Source: Candidatus Eiseniibacteriota bacterium
Lineage (GTDB): Bacteria > Arandabacterota > Arandabacteria > Arandabacterales > Arandabacteraceae
Direction: 5' to 3'
Assembly: GCA_043810925.1 (NCBI GenBank)
Contig: JBDRNT010000069.1
Span: 1-64,000, forward strand
DNA: 64,000 nucleotides
Each line of letters opens with the position of its first letter. Within the stretch, counting starts at the first letter, position 1. Under the pieces are notes generated by a model, which did no database searches, was not told the DNA's origin, and saw nothing but the letters and a program-made list of their open reading frames with translations. Of the stretch, positions 1 to 9,064 are shown piece by piece. The position numbers were made by a program, and so were the translations under genes.

Positions 1-105
1 CTTCAAAGCCTTCGCCTCCACTTCATCCCAAAACATCGCCTGATGAATTCTCTTGAGTTCCCGCCATTCTGTGCTACTATAATCTCCAAACACTAATTCT
101 TGCAT
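1..105 (-). CDS. N-terminus of a putative IS256-family transposase (partial, absent from the ORF track)
   Basis: AAAGGAGG RBS, then ATG at 105. The frame MQELVFGDYSSTEWRELKRIHQAMFWDEVEAKALK stays open to the window edge. The W..K...FW.E pattern resembles IS256 transposase N-termini as I recall them. Confidence 0.55.
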   Translation of the reverse strand, partial: MQELVFGDYSSTEWRELKRIHQAMFWDEVEAKALK

Positions 106-216
106 GGGTACGGCCTCCTTTCGGTTGACTAGCCAAAAGACCCTGGAGACTGTACCCATCTCTACATCAACCCAAAATCCCGCTCAACTCAAATCCCCAC
201 ACTTTCCTATACATCA
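1..216 (-). mobile_element. Left end of a probable IS256-family insertion sequence (continues beyond the window start)
   Basis: The minus strand reads TGATGTATAGGAAAGTGTGGG near 216-196, resembling IS256-type terminal repeats. An inverted repeat (104-118/145-159) covers the RBS and start of the downstream ORF. The exact boundary is uncertain. Confidence 0.55.
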
Positions 217-244
217 AGGAGGTTCGGGAGTTCCTGCTGGGCAA

Positions 245-273
245 TTGACGAGGCGGATGTAAACCGCTATGCT
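245..273 (+). promoter_or_regulatory. Sigma70-type promoter for the tfoX-like gene
   Basis: TTGACG-17 bp-TATGCT. Confidence 0.6.
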
Positions 274-297
274 GGGTGTAAAGTGAGGACAGAATGA

Positions 298-642
298 ATG
301 GCAGTATCTGACGAATTCCTTGAGCACGTTCTTGACCAGTTTTCCGGGTGGGGCAGGGTCACGGTCCGCAAGATGTTTGGTGGCGCCGGACTGTACCGGG
401 ACGGGGCGATGTTCGGTCTGGTTGCTGACGACGTCGCCTACCTGAAAGTCGATGAATCCAATCGGAACGACTTCGAGCGGGCCGGTTCCGCTCCATTCAG
501 ACCACACCCGGATAAACCCATCACCATGTCGTACTTCGAAATCCCGTGGGAAGTCCTTGAGGACCCGCAGGAATTGATCAAATGGGCTAAGCGGTCCCTG
601 GCCATCAAGAAGAAGGGAACCAAGGGTGATGGCTCCGTGTGA
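298..642 (+). CDS. TfoX/Sxy N-terminal domain protein
   Basis: Motifs RKMFGGAGLY..G.MFGLV...YLKVD and MSYFEIP..VLED..EL..WA. Confidence 0.85.
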   Translation: MAVSDEFLEHVLDQFSGWGRVTVRKMFGGAGLYRDGAMFGLVADDVAYLKVDESNRNDFERAGSAPFRPHPDKPITMSYFEIPWEVLEDPQELIKWAKRSLAIKKKGTKGDGSV

Positions 643-690
643 AGGGCAATATCATGATTGCGCGAGGTGGCACGCCGGACCGGAGGTAAG

Positions 691-1113
691 ATGAGAGTAT
701 TTATCTGTGGAATCATACAGGGGTCGCTGAGCGAGTATGCAGTCCACGGGCAGTCATATCGCACCACGCTTAAGGGAATTGTGGAAAAGCACATGCCCTC
801 GGCGGAGGTATACTGTCCGGTGAGTCTCCACCCGGAGTCGCTCTCATATGACGATGCAAAGGCATTTGAGGTCCTGGAGGAATCGATCGATGCCGCCCGC
901 AAGAGCGACCTCATTGTCGCCTACCTGCCTGAAGCCAGCATGGGGAGCGCGATCGAGATGTGGGAAGCAAAGCGGGCGGGAGCAAGGATCATAAGCATAA
1001 CGCCTCTTAAGCCCAACTGGGTGGTGAGGTACGCCTCCGACATCGTTGTCGAGACAATCGGAGAATTCGAAGAGCTACTCGAAACGCAGGTGGTCGAGCG
1101 GCTGCTTCAGTAG
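691..1113 (+). CDS. Nucleoside 2-deoxyribosyltransferase-like protein
   Basis: MRVFICG start, SDLIVAYLPEASMGSAIEMWEA motif (S.G...E), GGAGG RBS before ATG 691. Confidence 0.6.
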   Translation: MRVFICGIIQGSLSEYAVHGQSYRTTLKGIVEKHMPSAEVYCPVSLHPESLSYDDAKAFEVLEESIDAARKSDLIVAYLPEASMGSAIEMWEAKRAGARIISITPLKPNWVVRYASDIVVETIGEFEELLETQVVERLLQ

Positions 1114-1877
1114 GCTTCCACTTCGATATCCAGCACCTGCTTCACACGATCCCGGATTTCTCTAAGCCTCTCCATAGGGATACCGACAAGTGTCGGCATG
1201 GCCGGAGCGTTTTCAAGGCTGTATATCTGCATCGATGTGGGCTTGATCTCCCGGACGACCTTAAGCCAGGCTTCGACATCCTCATCACCGGCATTCGTCA
1301 ACTCCCCACCGACAAACGCGGACTGGAGAGTGATATCATCCAGATCCTTAAGACCCTCTACGACGGCATCAAACGTGACGCCGGGGGCCGGGCGGCTGAT
1401 TCTGTCGAAAACCTCTTCGTTCCCGGCATCGAGTTTCATTATCCTTACATCGAGTTTGCCCAGTGCTTCTCTCACCCGCTTGTCGGTGACTGCGGTGGAG
1501 TTTGACAGGATCGCGAGTCTGGCATCCGTACCGGTCCGCTGCTTCACTCGAATAACCGCATCGACGATTTCAGGGAACTGTGGATGGAGCGTGGGCTCAC
1601 CGTTTCCGGAGAATGTGATGTACTCAGGCGGCGGGTCGAGATCGCGCAGGGCGGTCTCGAGTGCTTCTGCGACCGCATCCACGGTAGGAAGATCTGCGGC
1701 ATACTCCGAGAGGTCGGTCTCCAGGTGTTTGCTCCAGCCGTAGTGGCAGTACACACAGTTAAACGAGCAGACCTTGTAGTCCGTGGGTGAAAGGTTTATA
1801 CCGAGCGAGCGTCCGAGCCGCCTCGAACCAACGGGTCCATACATGATGCTCTTTTGAAGACCGAAAATCTTGGCCAT
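1107..1877 (-). CDS. Radical SAM protein (YGPV.SRRLG.SLG family)
   Basis: CSFNCVYC (CxxxCxxC) and ITFSGNGEPTLHP. Confidence 0.9.
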   Translation of the reverse strand: MAKIFGLQKSIMYGPVGSRRLGRSLGINLSPTDYKVCSFNCVYCHYGWSKHLETDLSEYAADLPTVDAVAEALETALRDLDPPPEYITFSGNGEPTLHPQFPEIVDAVIRVKQRTGTDARLAILSNSTAVTDKRVREALGKLDVRIMKLDAGNEEVFDRISRPAPGVTFDAVVEGLKDLDDITLQSAFVGGELTNAGDEDVEAWLKVVREIKPTSMQIYSLENAPAMPTLVGIPMERLREIRDRVKQVLDIEVEAY

Positions 1878-1960
1878 CTATGCCACCTCACTTCCTGTGA
1901 ACCTAATCGTCGGATATCGTCCCTTAGAATGATAATGGTCTCATGCAGGATCTGCCAGAG

Positions 1961-2764
1961 CTATATCGATCCGGCTTTCGTAAGCCGGATCTCGCTCCCC
2001 ACTTCTATATTCAGGAGGTCACCGGCACTCCCCTCGCGGACCGAAATCTCAAGATGACCTGAGCTTCCGATGATGCCCAGAAGCTCACCCACACCGACCG
2101 ATTCATAGCTTTCAACCATGCTTATCGGCTTTTCTCCCACACCGGCGATCACGAACTTTCCCCATATCAACTTGAGCTCCGCCGCCTGCTCTCGACTGCA
2201 ATCAGTGACCAGATTGCCGAATGAGTCGACCCACCGAATTATGACATCGAGGGAACCGTCTACCACTCTCGGCCCGGCGACATCAAACTCTCTTGCGTTC
2301 TTGATCTCAGGACCGAGCGCGCCGATCCTAAGACCCAGCGACAGGTGGCCTGCGACAGATGCGAATATGTCCCGGCCATGGAAGGTGGAGCTCACCGGTT
2401 TGAGAAAATACTCATCGTTTTCCACAGAGACTACCCTGCCACGCCCTTCTCTGAAGAAGACGTCCGATAACAGGCCGTTATCCGGTGCAAGGAAGGTCCT
2501 GCCGGCGATCTCGGCGCAGATGACTCTCCTCGTGGTCCCGACACCCGGATCGACAACGGCAACCACGATAGCGTCAATCGGGAGATAACTGTACGATGCA
2601 CCCACTACGAATGATGCGGCACCAACGTCGTGCCTGGGTATGGTGTGAATGACATCGATCACGGTCACCTGCGGGTTCACGGAGAGGATAACACCCTTCA
2701 TCACACCCACATACCAATCGTCGAGCCCGAAGTCGCTAAAGAGCCCTACGATACGTGGAGCCAT
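1961..2764 (-). CDS. SAM hydrolase / SAM-dependent halogenase family protein (DUF62)
   Basis: SDFGLDDWYVGVMKG, VVDPGVGT.RR, APDNGLL, STFHGRDIF, VDSFGNLVT. Confidence 0.9.
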   Translation of the reverse strand: MAPRIVGLFSDFGLDDWYVGVMKGVILSVNPQVTVIDVIHTIPRHDVGAASFVVGASYSYLPIDAIVVAVVDPGVGTTRRVICAEIAGRTFLAPDNGLLSDVFFREGRGRVVSVENDEYFLKPVSSTFHGRDIFASVAGHLSLGLRIGALGPEIKNAREFDVAGPRVVDGSLDVIIRWVDSFGNLVTDCSREQAAELKLIWGKFVIAGVGEKPISMVESYESVGVGELLGIIGSSGHLEISVREGSAGDLLNIEVGSEIRLTKAGSI

Positions 2765-2795
2765 AAGCTGAACCCACTCTATACTTGCCGCAACC

Positions 2796-3443
2796 TCAAC
2801 CCGATATCATGGGTCTCAACCAGGTATTTACAAGGAACGAGAACCGTCCCATCAGCAGCGATATTCTCGCCATAATGGTGTAGCCGAAGCTCGCACCGAA
2901 GGAGATCATGAGAAACCAGATCCCCACCCGTGAGATCTTGCCGAGCGCCCCTTTGTGCTCTGCCGAGAAATAGAAATAGACGAGCACGGAGAACACCCCC
3001 ACGATTATGACGACGTTCCACAGCGCCTCGATCCCTCCCATCCTCAGCGGTACGATCGTATCCCTGGCCTGGAAGAGGATATCTCCATGGAGTTTCTGCA
3101 TCAGGTAAACACCGACATAGTAGCCGATGTAGACCGCAAGGGAAATCCTTGCCAGCCAGGCGATCTTGCGTATGTACCTGAAATAGAGCATGACCCCGAG
3201 CACCATCGGGATTACGAGAAGAAAGTTATGGTCACCCCAGAAGTTGTTGATCATCGGCCTGAAAAGGTTGGGTTTAAGCGTGTTCTCGGTGACGATACCG
3301 ATGTAGTACCCCAGCGACATACCCGCAAAGAGACTCTCCGCAAACCGGAACAAGGGGTTATCCTTATAAAGGAAGCTGAGGATACAGATAGTCAGAAAGG
3401 CATTAATCCATACGCCGATTGAAATACCGAACGGAGCCATCAT
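2796..3443 (-). CDS. Uncharacterised integral membrane protein (about 6 TM)
   Basis: Hydrophobic 215-aa ORF with SFLYKDNPLFRFAE and WFLMISFGASFGYTIMARISLL. ATGA overlap with the upstream gene. Confidence 0.8.
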   Translation of the reverse strand: MMAPFGISIGVWINAFLTICILSFLYKDNPLFRFAESLFAGMSLGYYIGIVTENTLKPNLFRPMINNFWGDHNFLLVIPMVLGVMLYFRYIRKIAWLARISLAVYIGYYVGVYLMQKLHGDILFQARDTIVPLRMGGIEALWNVVIIVGVFSVLVYFYFSAEHKGALGKISRVGIWFLMISFGASFGYTIMARISLLMGRFSFLVNTWLRPMISG

Positions 3444-4312
3444 TTACCCCCTTGCCCCTTGCGTGTTATGAAGTACATCGTGTTGCCGAATATTATGAAA
3501 GCGATGATTATCAAGTGGACTATCGACTGGACATCCATACCCGTCATCGCGGCCCGCTTGATCTCTTCCGGGTCCAGGTAGATCTCCCGGGCCTCGGGAT
3601 AGGCGTCGGTCAGGAGCTTCTCGTATTCCGACGCGCCCTTAAGCCCGCCCAAGAGACCTATCATCTGGCCTGAGCGGAGATATGCATAGTACTTGGGAGC
3701 CGAAACCGCCGTACACCCTACGGCGACGTCCACACCGAATTGGGCGTTTACGAGGTTGGCCCACCACTCGCCTATGATCCCCGTGGCAAGTGTGATCACG
3801 ACGTCGACGTCATCGTAGTTCCGTACCTGGTCCATGATCGGCATACCTTCCGTGGGGGTAGTCTCCACATCGGCCGGAAAAACATCTTTTATGCTCACGC
3901 CCATCGCCTTCATCGGTGCCTGGCCGCCATCCTTGTAGCCGAGGTTGACGTAATCGACACCGTATTCGAGATCGAACTCATTCGTGATCCGTTCGACCTC
4001 TCTTATCGCAATCTGAACCCCACCCAGCGGGAAGATGGCCACAACCAGCACCTTCACTTCACGCATAAAGAGATGCCGCATTATGGCGGCGGACATGGGA
4101 TTGAGCTCGGGCTCGGAGGAGGGCCCGTAGTCAAACGAGAGCATGACCACATCACCCGGCTCGAGCTCCTCCACCCTGTCAAACAGGCCTCTTACCGGTG
4201 CGCTCGGCACGACGGGAAGCCCGATCGGCCGAATGATGGGGATCAAAGCCCCTATGGCAACGACGAGGTAAATGATCCTCCGGTCTATGTAAAGCAGTTT
4301 CTGGATCTTCAT
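3440..4312 (-). CDS. Uncharacterised membrane-anchored protein
   Basis: 290 aa with N- and C-terminal TM helices around an alpha/beta-like core (DYGPSSEPEL, YGVDYVNLGY, GLLGGLKGASEYE). Confidence 0.8.
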   Translation of the reverse strand: MKIQKLLYIDRRIIYLVVAIGALIPIIRPIGLPVVPSAPVRGLFDRVEELEPGDVVMLSFDYGPSSEPELNPMSAAIMRHLFMREVKVLVVAIFPLGGVQIAIREVERITNEFDLEYGVDYVNLGYKDGGQAPMKAMGVSIKDVFPADVETTPTEGMPIMDQVRNYDDVDVVITLATGIIGEWWANLVNAQFGVDVAVGCTAVSAPKYYAYLRSGQMIGLLGGLKGASEYEKLLTDAYPEAREIYLDPEEIKRAAMTGMDVQSIVHLIIIAFIIFGNTMYFITRKGQGGK

Positions 4313-4321
4313 TTCGTCCTC

Positions 4322-4957
4322 CTAGTCCTTGCCACTGCCGAGATAGGTCTGCTCAATACCGAGGATCACGCGGATCTGCATCGAGGCCGCCCCCAGTGCC
4401 GCACCGATGATGATGCCTCGCTGGGCCGCCGCATTGGGTTTGGTCATCAACCATTCGCTGATCGGTGACAGCCTGCCGCCGGTGATCATGTCTCCGATCG
4501 GGATCCTTCCGAGCATCACGACTATCGCCGCTATGAGAAGCACCGTCGCCTCGACATTCCGTGCCCGGAATGCCCTGTAGGCGGCCGATGCCACGTAGAA
4601 AGCAAGCAGGGAGAACATGGTGGCCTGGAGCGGTGAGACCAGGTTCTCAAACATCCACTGAAAACTGGGATGAAAGCCTTGCTCTCCGCCCATTATGCCA
4701 TAGAACGCCATGAGACACAGACCGGCCATCAGTACAATCGAGTAGGGCCAGCCCTTGTCCCGTTTCTTGACCTTGTTGACGTTGGACATCACAAGGTTGA
4801 CAACTCCGAGAGGCAGTGCGAACGCGGCCACGATCACCAGCCAGGTGTCGAGATCCTGATTGATATTTGTCACGACGCGATGCGGGACAAAAAAAGCGAA
4901 GATGGGGTACATGCCCACACAGAAAGTCAGTATGAGCGGAATTGTTCTTCTCATCAT
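4322..4957 (-). CDS. Uncharacterised integral membrane protein (5-6 TM)
   Basis: Hydrophobic ORF with PLQATMFSLLAFYVASAAYRAFRARN and AAQRGIIIGAALG; GGAGG RBS. Confidence 0.8.
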   Translation of the reverse strand: MMRRTIPLILTFCVGMYPIFAFFVPHRVVTNINQDLDTWLVIVAAFALPLGVVNLVMSNVNKVKKRDKGWPYSIVLMAGLCLMAFYGIMGGEQGFHPSFQWMFENLVSPLQATMFSLLAFYVASAAYRAFRARNVEATVLLIAAIVVMLGRIPIGDMITGGRLSPISEWLMTKPNAAAQRGIIIGAALGAASMQIRVILGIEQTYLGSGKD

Positions 4958-4972
4958 CTCCTCCTTATCGAC

Positions 4973-6103
4973 CTAGCGGGTATACAGCAGCTCGCGGACG
5001 ATGTCAGACCCGAATGCCAGAATCACTATGCCTGCACCAACCGTTACCATGATTATCGCTTTGACCACATCCTGTGCCTTTATGCTTCCCAAGAGCACCG
5101 GCTCCTTGGACAGATAGGCGCTCGCCGCATAGAGCTCCTCCCCAAGCAGCGTATAGTCACATGCAGTGACAAAGAATGGAAGCTGGGGAATGTCTGCTGT
5201 TCCGGCGATCTGAATGGCGCCCACGCTCTGCCCGGTCTCGGCAAGGATAAGGGACTCTGCAAAGAACGATCCTATGAGGAAGTTGGTTGCAGGTCGTTCC
5301 CGCACCATCTTGGCCGTGACCGACGCAGCATAGGCAAACTGATCATAGGTGAGGTAGGTAACCATCTCCTCCCTGAACTGGTCCGGCTTACCGGCCTCCA
5401 TGTAGGCTTGCCTCACGGTCTCCCTCGCAGCCGAGAAGACAAGGGGATCCTTGTTCGGGACCTCTATATCAGTCCCGTAGACTGCGGTCAGCTTCGCAAC
5501 ATGTTGAAGGATCGAGAGGCTTGCGATGGTCTGAATCTCGCTCAGGCTCAAGATACCCGGAATGTAGAGTATCTTCTTACCCATCTCCGTCGCTCTTCCG
5601 ACGGCCTCATCGATAGCGCTCAAGCCCGATATCCGGCGTATGAAGAGTCTCTTGCCCTTCCTGGCCTGGGTCACGTAAAGGATCACAAGGAAAAACATCA
5701 GGGCTGTGAGCACCAGAGCGTTCTTTCTATAGGACCTGAACCAGTTGGTTCTGCTCTGGACAGGACCGGCAACGGCACCCAGGAGCGTATCTTCACCTGC
5801 TTGATACGCCAGCCGGTAGTAATAATCCGTCTGGTCCTCCAGACGCATGTCGGTGTATGATCCATCGGAGGCAATAGCGTCCCCGACGGTCTCAAACTCC
5901 CCATCCGGCGAGGCAGCTCTCATTATCAGGATAAACTCCAACCCCTCTCCCTCCCACTCAAGATCGATGCTCCCGCCTCCGTCACTGGGAGTATCCACAG
6001 CCTGGAGCCCACTCGCAGGGAACCCGGACATCTCCTGGGACCATGCCCCTCCGGTCGCCAGGACGAGCACGATGGAGGTAATTACAAGACAAGATATTCT
6101 CAT
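4973..6103 (-). CDS. Signal peptide + fibronectin type III-like domain + DUF6754-like membrane domain protein
   Basis: Signal peptide; FN3-like segment (DTPSDGGGSIDLEW...YTD......YYYRL); TM helix; IRRISGLSAIDEAVGRATEMGK...AESLILAE...GAIQIAGT...LPFFVTACDY.LLGEELYAASAY. Start moved to ATG 6103, downstream of the promoter. Confidence 0.75.
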   Translation of the reverse strand: MRISCLVITSIVLVLATGGAWSQEMSGFPASGLQAVDTPSDGGGSIDLEWEGEGLEFILIMRAASPDGEFETVGDAIASDGSYTDMRLEDQTDYYYRLAYQAGEDTLLGAVAGPVQSRTNWFRSYRKNALVLTALMFFLVILYVTQARKGKRLFIRRISGLSAIDEAVGRATEMGKKILYIPGILSLSEIQTIASLSILQHVAKLTAVYGTDIEVPNKDPLVFSAARETVRQAYMEAGKPDQFREEMVTYLTYDQFAYAASVTAKMVRERPATNFLIGSFFAESLILAETGQSVGAIQIAGTADIPQLPFFVTACDYTLLGEELYAASAYLSKEPVLLGSIKAQDVVKAIIMVTVGAGIVILAFGSDIVRELLYTR

Positions 6104-6134
6104 CCATGCCCCCTTTTTAAAGAAACACCGTCTC

Positions 6135-6209
6135 ACTTTAGCAGGCCGGTCTTACCTTGTCAACTGTTCGAGTGATACCCTTGACTTACCCGTTTTCGCC
6201 TGATATCTT
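6135..6209. promoter_or_regulatory. Divergent sigma70-type promoter pair
   Basis: Minus strand TTGACA-17-TAAAGT (6163-6135); plus strand TTGACT-17-TATCTT (6181-6209). Confidence 0.6.
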
Positions 6210-6272
6210 TTCCCGTAAGTCATTAATGTCACCCGCACCTGGAAACGGAAAGAAATCGAAAGGAGAAGTTCG

Positions 6273-7796
6273 ATGCCTCTGAGGACTCCGGATGATTTTG
6301 TAGCGAGCATGAAGGCGAGAAAGCCTATGGATGTGTGGTTCCGTGGGGAGAAGATCAAGGATGTTCTCACGCATCCCGCGCTTAAGCCCTCACTTGAGAC
6401 CATCAAGCGGATTTACGAACTCGCCGGCCACCCCAAGTTCAAGGAACTTCTCACGACCAAGTCGCACCTCACGGGCGAGGTCTGCAATTTCTACACGGCT
6501 CCGCTTATGAGCCGCGATGATGCCATACAGAAGACGAAGCTCGCACGGGCACTGGGTGAGATACTGGGTTGTTGCACTTTTCGCTGCACGGGCTCAGAGG
6601 CCATATCGGGTCTTTATCCCACGACCTTCGAGATGGATAAGGCCCTGGGGACCGATTACCATGAGCGCTTAAAGAAGTGGCTGCTCAACGTCCAGAAGAA
6701 GGACCTGACTGTGACCGCCGCCCTCACCGATCCCAAGGGCGACAGGAGACTCAAACCCCAGGACCAGAAGGATCCTGATTTCTACACCAGGATAATCGAA
6801 AAACGCGACGACGGGATCGTGATAAGAGGATCAAAGGTTAACCAGACGGGCATCATCTTTGCCGATGAATTCGTTGTGCTCCCTACGACGACACTTACCG
6901 AAGACGGGAAGCAGTATGCGGTCTGCTGTGCAATTCCGACTGATACCGAGGGGCTTTCATATGTGCTCGGAAGAACACCGGTTGACCGGAGACTCGAGGA
7001 CGGCAAGGCCGAGGAGATCGATGTCGGGAAGAAGTACGGCGATCACCAGGCGATGTTGATCATGGAGGATGTATTCGTAGCGAGCGAACGGGTTTTCATG
7101 TGTGAGGAATGGCAGTTCACACCGAAACTGATGGAGTATTTCACGGCCGTGCACAGACTTACGGCAGGAGCATGCAAGTCAGGGGGCGTGAGTCTCCTCC
7201 TGGGTGCGACAAAACTGGCTGCCGACGCCATCAACATTTCGAAGATCGGGCATGTCAGGTCAAAACTGGCCGAGATGGGTATCTCCGCTGAGACGCTCTA
7301 CGCGCTGTCACTTTCCGCGGGTTTCGACGGCTTTCAGCACGAGTCAGGTGCCTGGATCCCCAACCCGCTGCTTGCGCACACCACCAAGTATCAGGCGACG
7401 ATATTGCCGTTTAACGCCATTCGTTACGCCAGGGAATTGATGTCGGGTATCGGTGAGACCGCCCCGTCGGCCAAAGACTATCTCAATAGCGAGATAGGAC
7501 CTAAGATCCAGAAGTACCTGGCACCTGCCAAAGAAGGCATGACCGCAGAGGACAGATTGAGAATAATCCGCTTGATCGAGAATCTGACGAGAGGCACCAA
7601 CTGGACGGCCATGGCGCTTCATGGTGGTGGAAACACTGAGGCGGCACGGCTTATGGCATTGCGGCACATTGACTTCGATAAGCTCGCCAAGATCGCGGAG
7701 GTTGCCTGCGGTATTGAAAAGGATGAAAGCAAGGCAGCCGACCTGATCTCGGAACGGGAGGGGAAGATAGACCACGGACCGGATGTCTTTAAGTAA
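6273..7796 (+). CDS. 4-hydroxybutyryl-CoA dehydratase-like (AbfD/HpaB family) FAD/[4Fe-4S] protein, divergent
   Basis: ALTDPKGDR, GIVIRGSK..QTG, DVFV..ERVFMC; Fe-S ligand-like CTFRC and HRLTAGAC; LHGGG. Confidence 0.8.
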   Translation: MPLRTPDDFVASMKARKPMDVWFRGEKIKDVLTHPALKPSLETIKRIYELAGHPKFKELLTTKSHLTGEVCNFYTAPLMSRDDAIQKTKLARALGEILGCCTFRCTGSEAISGLYPTTFEMDKALGTDYHERLKKWLLNVQKKDLTVTAALTDPKGDRRLKPQDQKDPDFYTRIIEKRDDGIVIRGSKVNQTGIIFADEFVVLPTTTLTEDGKQYAVCCAIPTDTEGLSYVLGRTPVDRRLEDGKAEEIDVGKKYGDHQAMLIMEDVFVASERVFMCEEWQFTPKLMEYFTAVHRLTAGACKSGGVSLLLGATKLAADAINISKIGHVRSKLAEMGISAETLYALSLSAGFDGFQHESGAWIPNPLLAHTTKYQATILPFNAIRYARELMSGIGETAPSAKDYLNSEIGPKIQKYLAPAKEGMTAEDRLRIIRLIENLTRGTNWTAMALHGGGNTEAARLMALRHIDFDKLAKIAEVACGIEKDESKAADLISEREGKIDHGPDVFK

Positions 7797-7844
7797 GCCG
7801 GGTCTACTCGGCAACCCACAGGATGGTAACCAGGAGGTAGTAGA

Positions 7845-8975
7845 ATGACGGACAAGAAGGCGGACCTCGCGGGGCCCGGAATCGGGAATTACGCGGATCT
7901 CGAGAAGATCCTTCCGAGTGATTACGCGCCCATTCTCAACCGCAGAGAGACGATGGATGCTCTCTACGCGGCCAAGGCCTACATCGAAGAGAACATGTGC
8001 AAGGAACTCAACCTGATGATGGTTCAGGTCCCGCTCATCGTCGATGTCAACAGCGGTGTCAACGACATGCTGGACCGCGACGGCTCACGCACGCCGGTCG
8101 GGTTTCACATCAGGAATGACTACGACAAGAACCCCATCGATGCCCAGGTGGTACAGGCGGCAACGAAGTGGAAGCGTGTGGCGCTTAAGCAGTATGACAT
8201 GAAGCCCGGCGAAGGCCTGAACACGGATATGCGCGCCGTGCGCAAGGACTACTTCCTCGACCACGATCACAGCGCATACGTGGATCAGTGGGACTGGGAG
8301 CAGGTGATCACGGACGATCAGCGCAATCTGGATTACTTGAAAGAAGTGGTCAAGAAACTCTGGAAGGTTCTCAAGGGCGCGGAGAACCTGGTCCAGGAGA
8401 AGTACCCCAAACTGAGGTCGGACAAGTGGCCGAACATGCCGGATGAACTCACGTTTCTCCATGCCGAGGAAATCCTCGACATGTTCCCCGATCTCCCGAG
8501 AAAGCAGCGCGAGACCGCGGTGCTTCAGAAGTACCCGGCGGTCTTTATCCTTGGTGTCGGCTGGCCGCTTGAGGACGGCTACCCGCATGAGATGCGGGCT
8601 GCGGATTACGATGACTGGGTTACCGAGACGATATCAAAAAACGGTAAGACCATGCACGGAATCAACGGGGATATCCTCGTATGGAACCCCATAACCAAGC
8701 GCCGGCATGAGCTCACATCCATGGGTGTCCGTGTCAATGCCGAGACTCTTAAGATACAGCTTGAGATGAGCGGGCAGCTCGATCTATTGAGCACTCCATA
8801 CCACAAGGGAATCGCGACCGGCGACCTGCCGCTTTCGATTGGTGGAGGCATCGGCCAGTCACGGACCTACATGATGCTGCTTAAGAAAGCTCATCTCGGT
8901 GAGGTCAGCGTTACGGTGTGGCCGCAGATACTGAAGGATATGTGTGCCAAGCGCAAGATCCACGTGCTTGAGTAG
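7845..8975 (+). CDS. asnA: Aspartate--ammonia ligase
   Basis: ATKWKR, GLNTDMRAVRKD, HSAYVDQWDWE, RAADYDDW, ELTSMGVRV, SIGGGIGQSR. Confidence 0.92.
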   Translation: MTDKKADLAGPGIGNYADLEKILPSDYAPILNRRETMDALYAAKAYIEENMCKELNLMMVQVPLIVDVNSGVNDMLDRDGSRTPVGFHIRNDYDKNPIDAQVVQAATKWKRVALKQYDMKPGEGLNTDMRAVRKDYFLDHDHSAYVDQWDWEQVITDDQRNLDYLKEVVKKLWKVLKGAENLVQEKYPKLRSDKWPNMPDELTFLHAEEILDMFPDLPRKQRETAVLQKYPAVFILGVGWPLEDGYPHEMRAADYDDWVTETISKNGKTMHGINGDILVWNPITKRRHELTSMGVRVNAETLKIQLEMSGQLDLLSTPYHKGIATGDLPLSIGGGIGQSRTYMMLLKKAHLGEVSVTVWPQILKDMCAKRKIHVLE

Positions 8976-9007
8976 ACTGACGAGCTGGAGATTGCCGTAG
9001 AAGTATA

Positions 9008-9048
9008 AGAGCGCCGCAGCGGTCGCCAAAGACCCCTGCGGCGCTTGA
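9008..9048. terminator. Hairpin between convergent genes (probably bidirectional terminator)
   Basis: GCGCCGCAG...CTGCGGCGC stem followed by TTT. Confidence 0.6.
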
Positions 9049-9064
9049 CTATCTCATCCCGGTA

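Noticed and set aside
1926..1945. Fur-box-like AATGATAATGGTCTCAT upstream of the radical SAM gene
   Set aside because: The spacing is one base short of the 7-1-7 consensus, and it overlaps a probable -10 element.
1961..2764. Fluorinase/chlorinase of a halometabolite cluster
   Set aside because: The STFHGRD motif is typical of the hydrolase subgroup, and no biosynthetic cluster is nearby.
4670..5860. Long opposite-strand ORFs (also 29838-31016, 34821-35864 and others)
   Set aside because: They are antisense shadows of well-supported genes in GC-rich DNA and carry no recognisable motifs.
6273..7796. 4-hydroxyphenylacetate 3-monooxygenase HpaB
   Set aside because: Fe-S ligand motifs are present, no flavin reductase is adjacent, and the context is anaerobic.
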